From Victivallis vadensis (GTDB lineage Bacteria > Verrucomicrobiota > Lentisphaeria > Victivallales > GWF2-50-93), in NCBI GenBank assembly GCA_945883805.1, contig CAMCYE010000006.1, positions 10,583-74,582 on the forward strand: a DNA stretch of 64,000 nt, read 5' to 3'. The notes below the pieces were generated by a model. That model made no database searches. It saw nothing but the letters and a program-made list of their open reading frames with translations, and had not been told where the DNA came from. This document shows positions 27,787 through 37,014 of this stretch, in pieces. Position 1 is the first letter of the stretch; each line of letters begins with the position of its first letter. A program made the translations under genes and the position numbers.

Positions 27787-29813
27787 AACGTCGCTTTTTT
27801 ATACTCAATATCGTATGCCTGGATAAGGTCACCTTCTTGGAAATCAAGGAAGTTGTCAAGGCGGATACCGCATTCAAGTCCCTGCCTGACCTCTTTCACA
27901 TCATCCTGGAAACGGCGGAGGGAATGTACGGAACCATTGAAAATAAGCTCATTATTGCGGTGCACCCTGGCTTTTGCCCCTACACGTACAAGACCTTTTT
28001 CAACCATGCATCCACATACTTTCGGACCTTTTGAAATTTCAAAGATCTTTATTATTTTAGCGGTGCCGAGTTCTTTTTCACGCTGGTCTGGAGCAAGTTT
28101 TCCCGCAAGGGCGTCTTTGAGGTCTTCGATAAGTTCATAGATGATACTGTAAAGGCGTATTTCAACCTGCTGTTTTTTAGCCAGAGAATTGACGCCTGGA
28201 TTTACGCGAACATGAAAACCCACGACAATTGCATTGGATGCCGCCCCAAGGAGGACATCGTTTTCAGTGATCGCCCCGATGCCTGAATGCAGGATGTCGA
28301 TCTGTATCTTTTCCGAAGGGAATTTCTTGAGGGATTCGGCGATGGCTTCAACGGATCCCTGGACGTCAGCCTTGATTATGATGGAAAGAGTCTGTTTCTG
28401 CCCTTTCACTAGGCGCTTCATGAGATCTTCGAGGTTTGTCCCGCCGATACCCTGAGCCGTATTTTCAGCTTCGAGACCGGTAGTCCTGCTTTCTATTTCC
28501 CTTTCCTCCGCAATCTTCTTCGCCTCTTTCTCGTTGCAGACGATAAAAGTGGCTCCGGCCGCCGGGGCCCCAGAAAGTCCGACGAGTTTTATCGGTGTGC
28601 TGGGACCGGCGCTTTCAACCGGTTCACCCAACACATTTATCATAGTTTTAACTTTACCGTAATATTTTCCGCAGAGAACGCAGTCCCCTTTCTTGAGGAT
28701 TCCCGTCTGCACAAGCACGCTTGCAGTGGGACCGTGCCCCTGTTCAAGCTGGGCTTCGAGCACAACTCCCTTGGCGGCCCTTTTCGGATTGGCCTTAAGC
28801 TGCAACATTTCCGCTTCAAGTATGATTCTGTCCAGAAGCTTGTCGATTCCAGATCCGGTTAAAGCCGACACCCTGATGGCTCCGACTTCTCCTCCCCATT
28901 CCTCGCTCATCAGCCCGTTCTGCTGCATCTGGCGAATAACCTTGTCTGAATCCGCACCCGGCAAATCCATTTTATTGATTGCGACAATAATCGGCACTGC
29001 GGCGGCCTTAGCGTGATTGAGCGCTTCTATTGTCTGTGGCATGAACCCGTCGTCTGCGGCAACCACGAGAATTGCAATATCAGTGGCTTTGGCGCCACGG
29101 GCGCGCATCGCCGTAAACGCCTCATGTCCGGGAGTATCGATAAATGTTATGGTTTTCCCATTCACATTCACCACGGACGCACCTATGTGCTGTGTGATTC
29201 CTCCTGATTCCTTTGCGGCCACATTGGTTTTCCTTATGGCGTCCTGAAGTGAGGTCTTTCCATGGTCAACATGTCCTAGGAACGTGACAACTGGCGGCCT
29301 GTCAATAAGGTCTTCCGGTTTGTCCTTTTCATCTATCGCCTCTTCAGGGGTCGCAGGCTTGTGATCCTCCTGCTTACTGACATGCTCGTCCTTTTCGCGA
29401 CGGTCGACAACCAATGACATTCCGAACTTTCCACACAGTTTCTTCGCCACTTCGGTTTCAACAGTCTGATTTATGCTGGCAAGGACATTGAAAGTCAGGA
29501 GCATCCCTATGATTTCATTGGGCTTTTTGCCGAGAGCTTCAGCGAGATTCTTGACTATGACCGGCGACTTAAGGTGGATTTCATTCTTGGATTCCGCCTC
29601 CTTTTCAACTTCAAGTCTTATTTTCTCCTTTTCCTCCTTGATGCAAACCTCTTTGAAATGATCATATACAAAGTCAATAAGGTCAGGACCAATCTCGCTT
29701 GAAGCGGTACTGACCTTCAATCCCATTTCCTTGAGCTCCTTAATCACCTTGCCTACGGGCATATTGTATTTCTTTACAATATCCTTGACTTTAACTTTAT
29801 TTTTAACGCCCAT
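27783..29813 (-). CDS. infB: translation initiation factor IF-2
   Basis: G-domain motifs [18 protein letters not shown] and NKMD. Conserved C-terminal domains. nusA-infB-rbfA synteny. Confidence 0.97.
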   Translation of the reverse strand: MGVKNKVKVKDIVKKYNMPVGKVIKELKEMGLKVSTASSEIGPDLIDFVYDHFKEVCIKEEKEKIRLEVEKEAESKNEIHLKSPVIVKNLAEALGKKPNEIIGMLLTFNVLASINQTVETEVAKKLCGKFGMSLVVDRREKDEHVSKQEDHKPATPEEAIDEKDKPEDLIDRPPVVTFLGHVDHGKTSLQDAIRKTNVAAKESGGITQHIGASVVNVNGKTITFIDTPGHEAFTAMRARGAKATDIAILVVAADDGFMPQTIEALNHAKAAAVPIIVAINKMDLPGADSDKVIRQMQQNGLMSEEWGGEVGAIRVSALTGSGIDKLLDRIILEAEMLQLKANPKRAAKGVVLEAQLEQGHGPTASVLVQTGILKKGDCVLCGKYYGKVKTMINVLGEPVESAGPSTPIKLVGLSGAPAAGATFIVCNEKEAKKIAEEREIESRTTGLEAENTAQGIGGTNLEDLMKRLVKGQKQTLSIIIKADVQGSVEAIAESLKKFPSEKIQIDILHSGIGAITENDVLLGAASNAIVVGFHVRVNPGVNSLAKKQQVEIRLYSIIYELIEDLKDALAGKLAPDQREKELGTAKIIKIFEISKGPKVCGCMVEKGLVRVGAKARVHRNNELIFNGSVHSLRRFQDDVKEVRQGLECGIRLDNFLDFQEGDLIQAYDIEYKKATL

Positions 29814-29834
29814 TTGATTGATGTCCTGTATAAA

Positions 29835-31088
29835 TTACTCTTTTGTTGAATCCATGTTTTTCAAAGCTTCCACAACTTTCTGAACATCATCTTCCGAAAG
29901 CCCCTGTATCTTCAACAAGTCCGACACTTCCACGGACTTGAGGCTTTCCACTGTAAGGAATCCACCGCTAACCAGCTTTTCAGCTATCGCCTTGTCGAGT
30001 TTAAGGGTGTCTGAAAGGGATGTTATCGTCTGCCCGAGTTTTTCCTCGAACGAAACCTCCACCACCGGCTCATCTGAATTTATATTTATTTTCCAACCGA
30101 TAAGCTTTGCTGTGAGCCGGACATTCTGTCCGCGCTTTCCAATGGCAAGTGAGAGCTGGTCCGGCATCACCTTTATGTTGATCGACCTTGCAGCCTCGTC
30201 AATCTCCACCGTCTTCAGGGTTGCCGGCTGGAGCGCGTTTGCAGTGAAAACTTTGATATCCTCGTCATACCTGATAATGTCAATCTTTTCGCCGCCAAGC
30301 TCCGCAGTTATATTTTTGACCCTCATTCCGCGCATTCCCACGCACGCACCAATCGGATCCACATGCGAATCCGAGCTGAAAACAGCTATCTTAGTCCTTG
30401 ATCCGGCCTCGCGGGCTATGCCCTTAACTTGGACAATACCGTCGTGTATTTCGGAAACTTCCCTCTCAAAAAGCCTGCGTATAAGTTCATCGGAAACCCT
30501 GCTTAAAATAAGGCTCGGTCCGGCTCCGGAAGGATCTATTTTCTTTAAAATCGCATTGATCCGATCCCCCTGCATATAGCTTTCGCCGGGAATTTTCTCT
30601 TTCGGGGTCAGAACCCCCTCCGCCTTCTGCATGTCGACAATTATGTTTCCTGACTCGAAACGCCTTACGACTCCGCTCACGATCTGCCCTACCCTGTCCT
30701 TGAATTCATCAAGGACAATTTCCTTTTCAGCCTTGCGGAGCTGATTCATTATTGTGTTTTTTGCGTACTGCGCCGCAACCCTGCCAAAATTCTTCGGAGT
30801 CACCTCCCATTTGACGACATCCCCGAGTTTCGCGCCGGGATAACGCTCCTTGGCGGCAGCAATGAGTATCTGGTCACATGTGGGATTGCCCTCCACGACC
30901 TCAAGCTTCGCCCAAGCCTTGATCAGCCCGGAAACACGGTCTATCTTGACCTCGACATCGTTTGCCGGATGAATGCTTTTTTTTGAGGCTGAAAGTATTG
31001 CGCTCTCTATGGTGTCGATAAGCACTTCCCTGCTTATCCCCCGCTCTTGTTCTATATAGTCCAAAGTTGCTAAAAGTTCACTGTTCAT
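29835..31088 (-). CDS. nusA: transcription termination/antitermination factor NusA
   Basis: N-terminus MNSELLATLDYIEQERGISREV, S1 and KH regions (ACVGMRGMRVKNI). I preferred the ATG at 31088 over the ORF-track start at 31142. Confidence 0.95.
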   Translation of the reverse strand: MNSELLATLDYIEQERGISREVLIDTIESAILSASKKSIHPANDVEVKIDRVSGLIKAWAKLEVVEGNPTCDQILIAAAKERYPGAKLGDVVKWEVTPKNFGRVAAQYAKNTIMNQLRKAEKEIVLDEFKDRVGQIVSGVVRRFESGNIIVDMQKAEGVLTPKEKIPGESYMQGDRINAILKKIDPSGAGPSLILSRVSDELIRRLFEREVSEIHDGIVQVKGIAREAGSRTKIAVFSSDSHVDPIGACVGMRGMRVKNITAELGGEKIDIIRYDEDIKVFTANALQPATLKTVEIDEAARSINIKVMPDQLSLAIGKRGQNVRLTAKLIGWKININSDEPVVEVSFEEKLGQTITSLSDTLKLDKAIAEKLVSGGFLTVESLKSVEVSDLLKIQGLSEDDVQKVVEALKNMDSTKE

Positions 31089-31120
31089 TTCCAACGACTC
31101 CTTATGTATTAAAAAACACC

Positions 31121-31153
31121 AATACAAAATAAAAGTGGGCATTCACCCACTTT
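31121..31153 (-). promoter_or_regulatory. terminator-like hairpin in the nusA leader (candidate attenuator)
   Basis: On the minus strand, the 8-bp stem AAAGTGGG/CCCACTTT is followed by TTATTTTG. It lies 33-65 nt upstream of the nusA ATG. Confidence 0.4.
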
Positions 31154-31412
31154 GGCATAATTCACATTCCGCTTTAAACAGATAGTATAACAGCGCAAGG
31201 GTTTTATTTCAAATGAAATGCCATTGAAAAACATGGACCGGCAAAACATCGGCAGTCGAAATTCCCGGAAAGCTCAAAAACCCGCTTATTTTTACGATAT
31301 ACACTGGAAACACGCTTGATTTTCCTTTTTGATGTGCCATTTTACTGCCCATTACGTATATTTCAGCGTGTTCATGACAAATTCAGAATCAAGAAACGAA
31401 AGGTTAAATTCA

Positions 31413-31682
31413 ATGGCCCATACAAAATCAGCTGTGAAAAGTGTTAAAACCAATGAGCTGGCACGCATCAAGCACAAAGCCTGCAGACGCTCCTTCACCA
31501 CCGCCGAAAAGAAATACAGGGAAACTGTCAAATCCGCAGATCCGAAAGACTCGAAGAAAGTCTACTCCGAAATTTCCTCCCTTCTCGACAAGGCGGTTAA
31601 AGGCGGGACAATCCACAGAAACAAGGCCAACAGGAAAAAATCACAGCTCGCAAAGCTTGTCGCCGCCAGCGCAAAAAAATGA
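31413..31682 (+). CDS. rpsT: 30S ribosomal protein S20
   Basis: MAHTKSAVKSVKTNELARIKHKA...IHRNKANRKKSQLAKLV. 89 aa from the ATG at 31413. Confidence 0.92.
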   Translation: MAHTKSAVKSVKTNELARIKHKACRRSFTTAEKKYRETVKSADPKDSKKVYSEISSLLDKAVKGGTIHRNKANRKKSQLAKLVAASAKK

Positions 31683-31714
31683 TTTCGTCTCCTTTTCATG
31701 AAACATAAAAGAAT

Positions 31715-31757
31715 CCGCTTTTTATCCTTGATCAAGGTTAAAAAGCGGTATTTTTTT
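31715..31757 (+). terminator. intrinsic terminator after rpsT
   Basis: Arms CCGCTTTTTATCCTTGA / TCAAGGTTAAAAAGCGG (one mismatch), followed by TA and T7. Confidence 0.85.
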
Positions 31758-31788
31758 GACACCAGCGACATATGGACAGCCAGAACGT

Positions 31789-32562
31789 ATGATTGACTTC
31801 CACGCACATACCGATATGAGCTATTGTGCCGAATCCGGCCTGACTCCCGAAATTTACGCAAACCTCGTCAGCACAAATCCGAAGATCGACGCCATATACA
31901 TCACAGACCACGGGATGGCCGTATATTTCCCCGCCGAAATCGCCTGGAAATGGGAATACATTTCCGACAGCAGCATTTTTGATTCCCAAAGGGACTGGGG
32001 CAACAGCCGCCTCGCGCCCCACCTTGCGAAACTCGCAAAAATGAGGGTAAACAAGGTTTTCCCGGGTTTTGAGGTCGAAATGATGCATGACGGCCGACTC
32101 ACAATTGACGATTCATTCAGAAAGGAAATTGACATTCTCATAGGAAGCGTCCATTACCTTCCCTCCGACCCTCTTGAAAACAAGCGGGATGTTCTCGACA
32201 GATGGAGTAGACACACAAGACAGCTGATGAATAGCGGTATTGATGTCCTCGGCCATCCGTTCAGATGGATAAGCAATCAGCTCCCGGTATCAAAAGACAT
32301 TGTCCACCAAATAGTCATGGAGGCGAAAAATACCGGCATAGCACTGGAACTGAATGGACATTTTGTGGTTTCTACAGATGTTGACATGCTTCAGGTTTGC
32401 GCCGAACTGGGAGTTCCCGTATCAATCGGCACAGACTCCCATAAACTGAGTGAAATAGGCGATTTTTCATATCACTTTGCTACAATAGAATCCGCAGGAC
32501 TAAGTCTTGCCGATATCAAGCTGTTCAGTCCCCAAGGCACGCTCTGCCCGCGACACAAATGA
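31789..32562 (+). CDS. PHP-domain metal-dependent phosphoesterase
   Basis: MIDFHAHTDMSYC, ITDHG and further His/Asp motifs. The upstream TTG start (31756) sits in the rpsT terminator U-tract, so I preferred the ATG at 31789. Confidence 0.7.
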   Translation: MIDFHAHTDMSYCAESGLTPEIYANLVSTNPKIDAIYITDHGMAVYFPAEIAWKWEYISDSSIFDSQRDWGNSRLAPHLAKLAKMRVNKVFPGFEVEMMHDGRLTIDDSFRKEIDILIGSVHYLPSDPLENKRDVLDRWSRHTRQLMNSGIDVLGHPFRWISNQLPVSKDIVHQIVMEAKNTGIALELNGHFVVSTDVDMLQVCAELGVPVSIGTDSHKLSEIGDFSYHFATIESAGLSLADIKLFSPQGTLCPRHK

Positions 32563-32565
32563 ATA

Positions 32566-32702
32566 GGCAATAAGGCACAGAGAAACAAAGGCACGGAGTT
32601 CAGAAATGGAAAAGCTCGTAGCTCATAGTTCATAGCTCATAGTCCGCAACTATCAACTATCAACTATCAACTATCAACTATCAACTATCAACTATCAACT
32701 AT
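32566..32702. repeat. three adjoining word arrays: AAGGCACA family, inverted GAGCTAY family, and perfect (CAACTAT)x8
   Basis: GGCAATA AGGCACAG AGAAACA AAGGCACG (32566-32600). GCTCGTA GCTCATA GTTCATA GCTCATA (32614-32641). CAACTAT x8 (32647-32702), where the last unit supplies the AT of the ATG at 32701. Confidence 0.95.
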
Positions 32703-33321
32703 GGACTCAAACATACACAAAATTGAAAACATACACATTGAGCCGCCAAGAAAAGACATTCTTGCAAGGCTCAAGTACAATGTCCATAAAACAAAATTCA
32801 ACGACAAAAGTCTTGCCCTCTTCGAAAAAACACTGGGTTTTGCGGTCTCACTTTGCGAATGCAAAGGTGTTTACAGATTTCTGGACATCACAGGGAAATC
32901 CGACCGCAAGATAGTTCTTTCCGGAGGAATCGTCTTCGAAAGTGCTAGCCTCGCAAAACTCCTGAAGGACAGTTCCAAAGTTGTGATGATGGCTTCAACT
33001 GTCGGTTCGGAAATCACCATGGAGACAAACATCCTCATCGGAAAGAACAGGGGTGCTGAAGCAGTTATCGTTGACGCGGCAGCTTCTGAAATAGCGGATG
33101 AAGTGATGAATAAAATCAACCAGATCTGCGCGAATCTCGCAAAAAAAGAGGGTTTCAAACTGACAAAGATGCGCTTCAGTCCGGGGTTCGGGGATCTCGG
33201 CATTGAAAAACAGACACAGTTCTTCAAAACGCTCGAACTGGAAAACATGGGTCTGAAACTCACGGAAAGCTTCATGATTGTCCCCGAAAAGTCGGTGACC
33301 GCTATCGTAGGCGTGGAGTGA
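32701..33321 (+). CDS. methionine synthase activation-domain-like protein (Met_synt_B12 family, stand-alone)
   Basis: C-terminal FSPGFGDLGIEKQTQFFKTLELENMGLKLTESFMIVPEKSVTAIVGV matches the SPGYGDW...P.KSV pattern of the MetH reactivation domain. Confidence 0.6.
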   Translation: MDSNIHKIENIHIEPPRKDILARLKYNVHKTKFNDKSLALFEKTLGFAVSLCECKGVYRFLDITGKSDRKIVLSGGIVFESASLAKLLKDSSKVVMMASTVGSEITMETNILIGKNRGAEAVIVDAAASEIADEVMNKINQICANLAKKEGFKLTKMRFSPGFGDLGIEKQTQFFKTLELENMGLKLTESFMIVPEKSVTAIVGVE

Positions 33322-33396
33322 TGTGATAAGAGGAGCGGTCAAGCCTGCTGTATTTACATCTAAGCATGAGTCATAAATATTCCTGCCTTGATTTCC

Positions 33397-34530
33397 TCAT
33401 TTCGGAGGCCAGTTGTCCCAGAATTTCCTTTTCCCGGAATCGCTTGCCAGTTCTCCAATTTCTTTCGGTGAAGCACCCTTTCCAAGCATGGCTTCCACCT
33501 TTTTGCCAGCGGATATGAATGAATGCACCTTTTTGACCGACTCATTGTTGCACATGCCATGGCAGACGTAACTGAATACCCCGTTTGCCCCGTCCGCCAC
33601 CGCCTGATAGACAAAGTCCGCCGTCTCCTCGGCAGTCAGATCCGGATAATGAAAATTGCAAAGTCGCCACGAGAAAGGAACACGGGTCATCTGACTTATC
33701 GTTTTCGGGTTGAGTTTTGCCGACACCGAAGGATCGTAGGCTACCAGATTGAGTTTTTCGAGGAATTGCAGTTGCGAAGGTCGCAAATCCTCGATATGGG
33801 CGGTTCTCTTGCCGGTTGTCAGTCCATTGTAATACTGCTCCAGGAAAGGCAAAACGAATTCAGGCCACAGTTCAGGACTCAGCATGCTTGCAACATCGTC
33901 GGCAAGCCCGGAGCTTTCAGGATTGATTTCAGGGAGGCCTTCAGATCTGCGGAGAAAATAATTGAATTTGATTATACTGTCTGTTATAAGCCCTAGAAAA
34001 TCTTTTGTCAGTCCGGGATTGTCATAGGGATCGTAGAAAAAATTATCCCGCCTGAGGAGATATGCGGTAGTCAACGGCCCTTCTCCCTTATAGGCAAAAC
34101 CGACTTTTTTATCAGGAAATGCGGCCTGCATCTTTTCACGGTATTCCATATAGAACGGAAACATGCCCGCATTAGGAAAATCAACCGGCCTCTTCAGGAT
34201 TTCAACACATTCTTCCAGCGAGTCAGCCATTGTCCCGTGATTCACCTCGCCGTCGTCCGGGAACATCAGTTCAACTCCAAGCGTATTCACATGCCCATAG
34301 CTTATGGGAGGCGAACTCGGGGAAGGCATGTTGACATCCGGCCCGTACATCTCCCTGAGCAGCGGTCGTCCTTTTTTGTAAAGCTCTATTCCTGCGGACG
34401 GATTTAAAAACATCTCCTTGATTTTAATTCCGGTGATTTCAAGCAACGCCAGGTAAGACGCGGAAACGTGACAGGAGAATTTCGCCTCTTTCCTCAAAAC
34501 ATTGTAATCAGGCTTATACATAATATGCAT
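33397..34530 (-). CDS. uroporphyrinogen decarboxylase (URO-D)/MtaA-like family protein
   Basis: Size of 377 aa and segments such as ADDVASMLSPELWPEFVLPFLEQYY resemble URO-D-fold methyltransferases. This is from memory and not verified. An alternative ATG lies at 34521. Confidence 0.4.
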   Translation of the reverse strand: MHIMYKPDYNVLRKEAKFSCHVSASYLALLEITGIKIKEMFLNPSAGIELYKKGRPLLREMYGPDVNMPSPSSPPISYGHVNTLGVELMFPDDGEVNHGTMADSLEECVEILKRPVDFPNAGMFPFYMEYREKMQAAFPDKKVGFAYKGEGPLTTAYLLRRDNFFYDPYDNPGLTKDFLGLITDSIIKFNYFLRRSEGLPEINPESSGLADDVASMLSPELWPEFVLPFLEQYYNGLTTGKRTAHIEDLRPSQLQFLEKLNLVAYDPSVSAKLNPKTISQMTRVPFSWRLCNFHYPDLTAEETADFVYQAVADGANGVFSYVCHGMCNNESVKKVHSFISAGKKVEAMLGKGASPKEIGELASDSGKRKFWDNWPPK

Positions 34531-34671
34531 TCCTTGTAATATTCAGGCATGTTTAATTATCATGGCGATAATTATATTACTTTTGTGGCTGAATGTCAAT
34601 GTATTATTGACGCAACTATTTGTACTATTGACGCATTTCTGGATTATTCATACCGGATCGCATTCATTGTG

Positions 34672-34743
34672 AAAAAAACGCGTCAGCGGAGTGACGCGGC
34701 TATCCGCCGTGGCGGACTGCAGTCGCGTCACTCCGCTGACGCG
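34672..34743 (-). terminator. strong intrinsic terminator after the AraC-family gene
   Basis: 20-bp perfect stem CGCGTCAGCGGAGTGACGCG (34679-34698 / 34724-34743). The 25-nt loop contains the inner palindrome TCCGCCGTGGCGGA (34703-34716). T7 follows on the minus strand (34672-34678). Confidence 0.8.
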
Positions 34744-34764
34744 CTCTTTTATTGCATCTTGGCG

Positions 34765-35586
34765 TCACACTATTGATTCGGATTCTCCGGAAATTTTCCT
34801 GCGATATTCGCAAGGCGTGATTTTTGCCATCTTTTTAAACCATTTTGAAAAATAAGCCTGATCGGAAAACGCGAAGGCATCGGCTATTTCGGCGAGGGAT
34901 CTATCATTTTCCCTCAGGATGCGGCAGACGCTGTTGAACCTGTTCTTCTCCCAGAATTTCTGCGGAGGGATATTGAAATAATGTTTGAACTTGCGGTTCA
35001 TCTGGCTGACACTTAGAAAGCAGGACTTCGCCACTTTATCCGCATCATATTCCAGACAGTCCGGTGACTGGAGAAGCTTGAAAATCCTGTCAATCCTTCC
35101 GTCATTTGAATGCTGGCGGGGCGGGAGGAGTTTGTTCGAGATAAAATGCTTCGTGGCAAGTTCATGTGCCAGCACTTCAATTTCCAATTTTTCCGGAAGT
35201 GGCAGGGCGTCTATTTTTCTCATCCGGTTCAGGATTTTTTCGCAGCAGTTGAAATAAGAGGGTTCAAAGGAGAGAGGGAGTTCAAATAAATCTTCCAGAG
35301 GATCTCCATTGCCTGTCCACATCCGGTAATGTATGTTCATCATGCCGAATCCGGGTTCGATTTCAAAATTGAATTCTGAAAATGGAGGTATGCTCAATAC
35401 AAGGCCTCTCTTCAGATTATGCATTTCGGAATTGATGAACACTTTACCGTGTCCGGCTGTTATGTGGAGGATATGCGAGTCGGTATTGACCTGGAGACTG
35501 CTCCTGCTCAAATATTTTTCATGATGCACATCGCAGAAACGTATGAACTGGAATTTATGATTTTTCAGTATTTCGTGACGCATCAT
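34765..35586 (-). CDS. AraC-family transcriptional regulator
   Basis: C-terminal HTH LAEIADAFAFSDQAYFSKWFKKMAKITPCEYRR. The ATG at 35586 has AAGGA 7 nt upstream. The longest ORF starts at a TTG at 35658. Confidence 0.85.
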   Translation of the reverse strand: MMRHEILKNHKFQFIRFCDVHHEKYLSRSSLQVNTDSHILHITAGHGKVFINSEMHNLKRGLVLSIPPFSEFNFEIEPGFGMMNIHYRMWTGNGDPLEDLFELPLSFEPSYFNCCEKILNRMRKIDALPLPEKLEIEVLAHELATKHFISNKLLPPRQHSNDGRIDRIFKLLQSPDCLEYDADKVAKSCFLSVSQMNRKFKHYFNIPPQKFWEKNRFNSVCRILRENDRSLAEIADAFAFSDQAYFSKWFKKMAKITPCEYRRKISGESESIV

Positions 35587-35759
35587 GCCTTCTTCCTTTA
35601 CGCTACAGCCTGACAACTGATTGGAATTTTGATTTTTATCCTGGAGGAAAGATACCAAAAGATGGAAAATAAATCAAGCAAACCAAGACAGAAGACACAA
35701 CTTTCCCGTCTCAAGGGAACCTCAATCCGTACAAATTATAAAATTTGCATCCGCAAATT

Positions 35760-36806
35760 TTATTTCATGGCGTTTGCTATCTCTATGAAGATTTCGCCGA
35801 GGGGTTTCGTGATGCCCCAGTCTGGAAAATGCTCCTTGAGTTTCCCGAGGTCGGAAATGTAGCAGACATGGTCACCTTTGCGGTTCTGGTCGAGATATTC
35901 GTAATCCAGTTTTTTACCGACAATACGCTCCGCAAGTTCTATTGATTCGAGCATGGAAATACTGTTTCCCCTTCCGCCGCCGAGGTTATAAACCTCCCCG
36001 CAGCGGGGATGCAGGTAGAATTCCTCGAAAACCCTGCAGACATCAAAGGAGTGAATATTGTCACGCACCTGCTTGCCCTTGTACCCGAATATCCTGTAAC
36101 GGCGGCCTTCTTTGACACACTTTATCAGATATGCCAGAAACCCGTGGAGCTCGGCCGCAGAATGAGAGGGGCCTGTCAGACAACCGCCGCGGTAGCATGC
36201 AGTCTTCATGTTGAAATACCTGCCGTATTCCTGCACCATCACGTCTGCCGCCACTTTGCTTGCCCCGAAAATGCTGTGCATGCACTGATCTATGCTCATA
36301 GACTCGTCAATTCCATCCCTGTACTTTTTCTCCGAGTAATCCCAGCGTGTTTTAAGTTCCTTGAGCTTCAGCCTGTTTGGAGTGTCTCCGTAAACCTTGT
36401 TTGTGCTCATGTAGCAGAACGGGGATTCGGGAATGAAACGGCGCGCGGCCTCAAGCACGTTCATGGTGCCGACCACATTGACATCGAAGTCGTCAAAAGG
36501 ACGGGAAGCCGCAAGGTCATGGCTGGGCTGAGCCGCGCAGTGGATTATGAAATCCGGTTTTATCTCCCCGATAAATTCCAGGATCACCGCCCTGTCGCGA
36601 ATGTCCAGGGAGCTATGCTTGAAATTTTTTGCTGCAGCCTGAATCCTCTGCAGGTTCCAGGTCGTATCACCGTCGGGACCAAAAAAATCCTTGCGCATGT
36701 TGTTGTCCACACCGAAAACGCTCCAGCCGCGTGAGTCGAAATATGTGACGCATTCGGAACCGATCAGGCCGCTGCTGCCTGTGACAAGAAGTTTTTTCAT
36801 TTCCAC
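35760..36806 (-). CDS. NAD-dependent epimerase/dehydratase (extended SDR, CDP-paratose 2-epimerase-like)
   Basis: Rossmann motif [10 protein letters not shown] and STNKVYGD. The expected YxxxK appears as FGASK (Phe codon at 36267-36269). A probable ATG lies at 36800. Confidence 0.8.
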   Translation of the reverse strand: MEMKKLLVTGSSGLIGSECVTYFDSRGWSVFGVDNNMRKDFFGPDGDTTWNLQRIQAAAKNFKHSSLDIRDRAVILEFIGEIKPDFIIHCAAQPSHDLAASRPFDDFDVNVVGTMNVLEAARRFIPESPFCYMSTNKVYGDTPNRLKLKELKTRWDYSEKKYRDGIDESMSIDQCMHSIFGASKVAADVMVQEYGRYFNMKTACYRGGCLTGPSHSAAELHGFLAYLIKCVKEGRRYRIFGYKGKQVRDNIHSFDVCRVFEEFYLHPRCGEVYNLGGGRGNSISMLESIELAERIVGKKLDYEYLDQNRKGDHVCYISDLGKLKEHFPDWGITKPLGEIFIEIANAMK

Positions 36807-36927
36807 CTTATGTTAATTTCATGAGTCGATTGCAAAACTCAAATTTAAAAGAGCGCGGGTTTTCTTACCCTCGGAAATTTAACTCAAATGGCGGACTGGA
36901 AAGTCCACCCTCCATTAGTTTTGAATT

Positions 36928-37014
36928 GAATATCCAATCCGCCACGGCGGAAATATCCAATGTCCAAGTTAATATTTTCCTGGATTCAATTCCGATGGAT
37001 ATTGGGTATTCAAG
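36928..37014. repeat. AATATCC-family inverted repeat with a conserved 32-mer shared with 7530-7561
   Basis: AATATCCAATCCGCCACGGCGGAAATATCCAA (36929-36960) is identical to 7530-7561. The inverted partner GGATATTGGGTATTCAAG lies at 36997-37014, abutting the stop codon at 37015. Confidence 0.9.

Noticed and set aside
27379-28140. 253-aa ORF starting MNYELRAMSYELRA
   Set aside because: Its N-terminus is just the translation of the GAACTAC/GAGCTAC heptamer array. The rest is antisense to rbfA and infB.
31089-31142. N-terminal extension of nusA (MPTFILYWCFLIHKESLE)
   Set aside because: It overlaps the terminator-like leader hairpin. The ATG at 31088 gives a canonical NusA N-terminus with AAGGAG upstream.
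34549-34776. 75-aa ORF between the URO-D-like and AraC genes
   Set aside because: It is a translation of the 20-bp-stem terminator hairpin and flanking AT-rich DNA, and it has no RBS.
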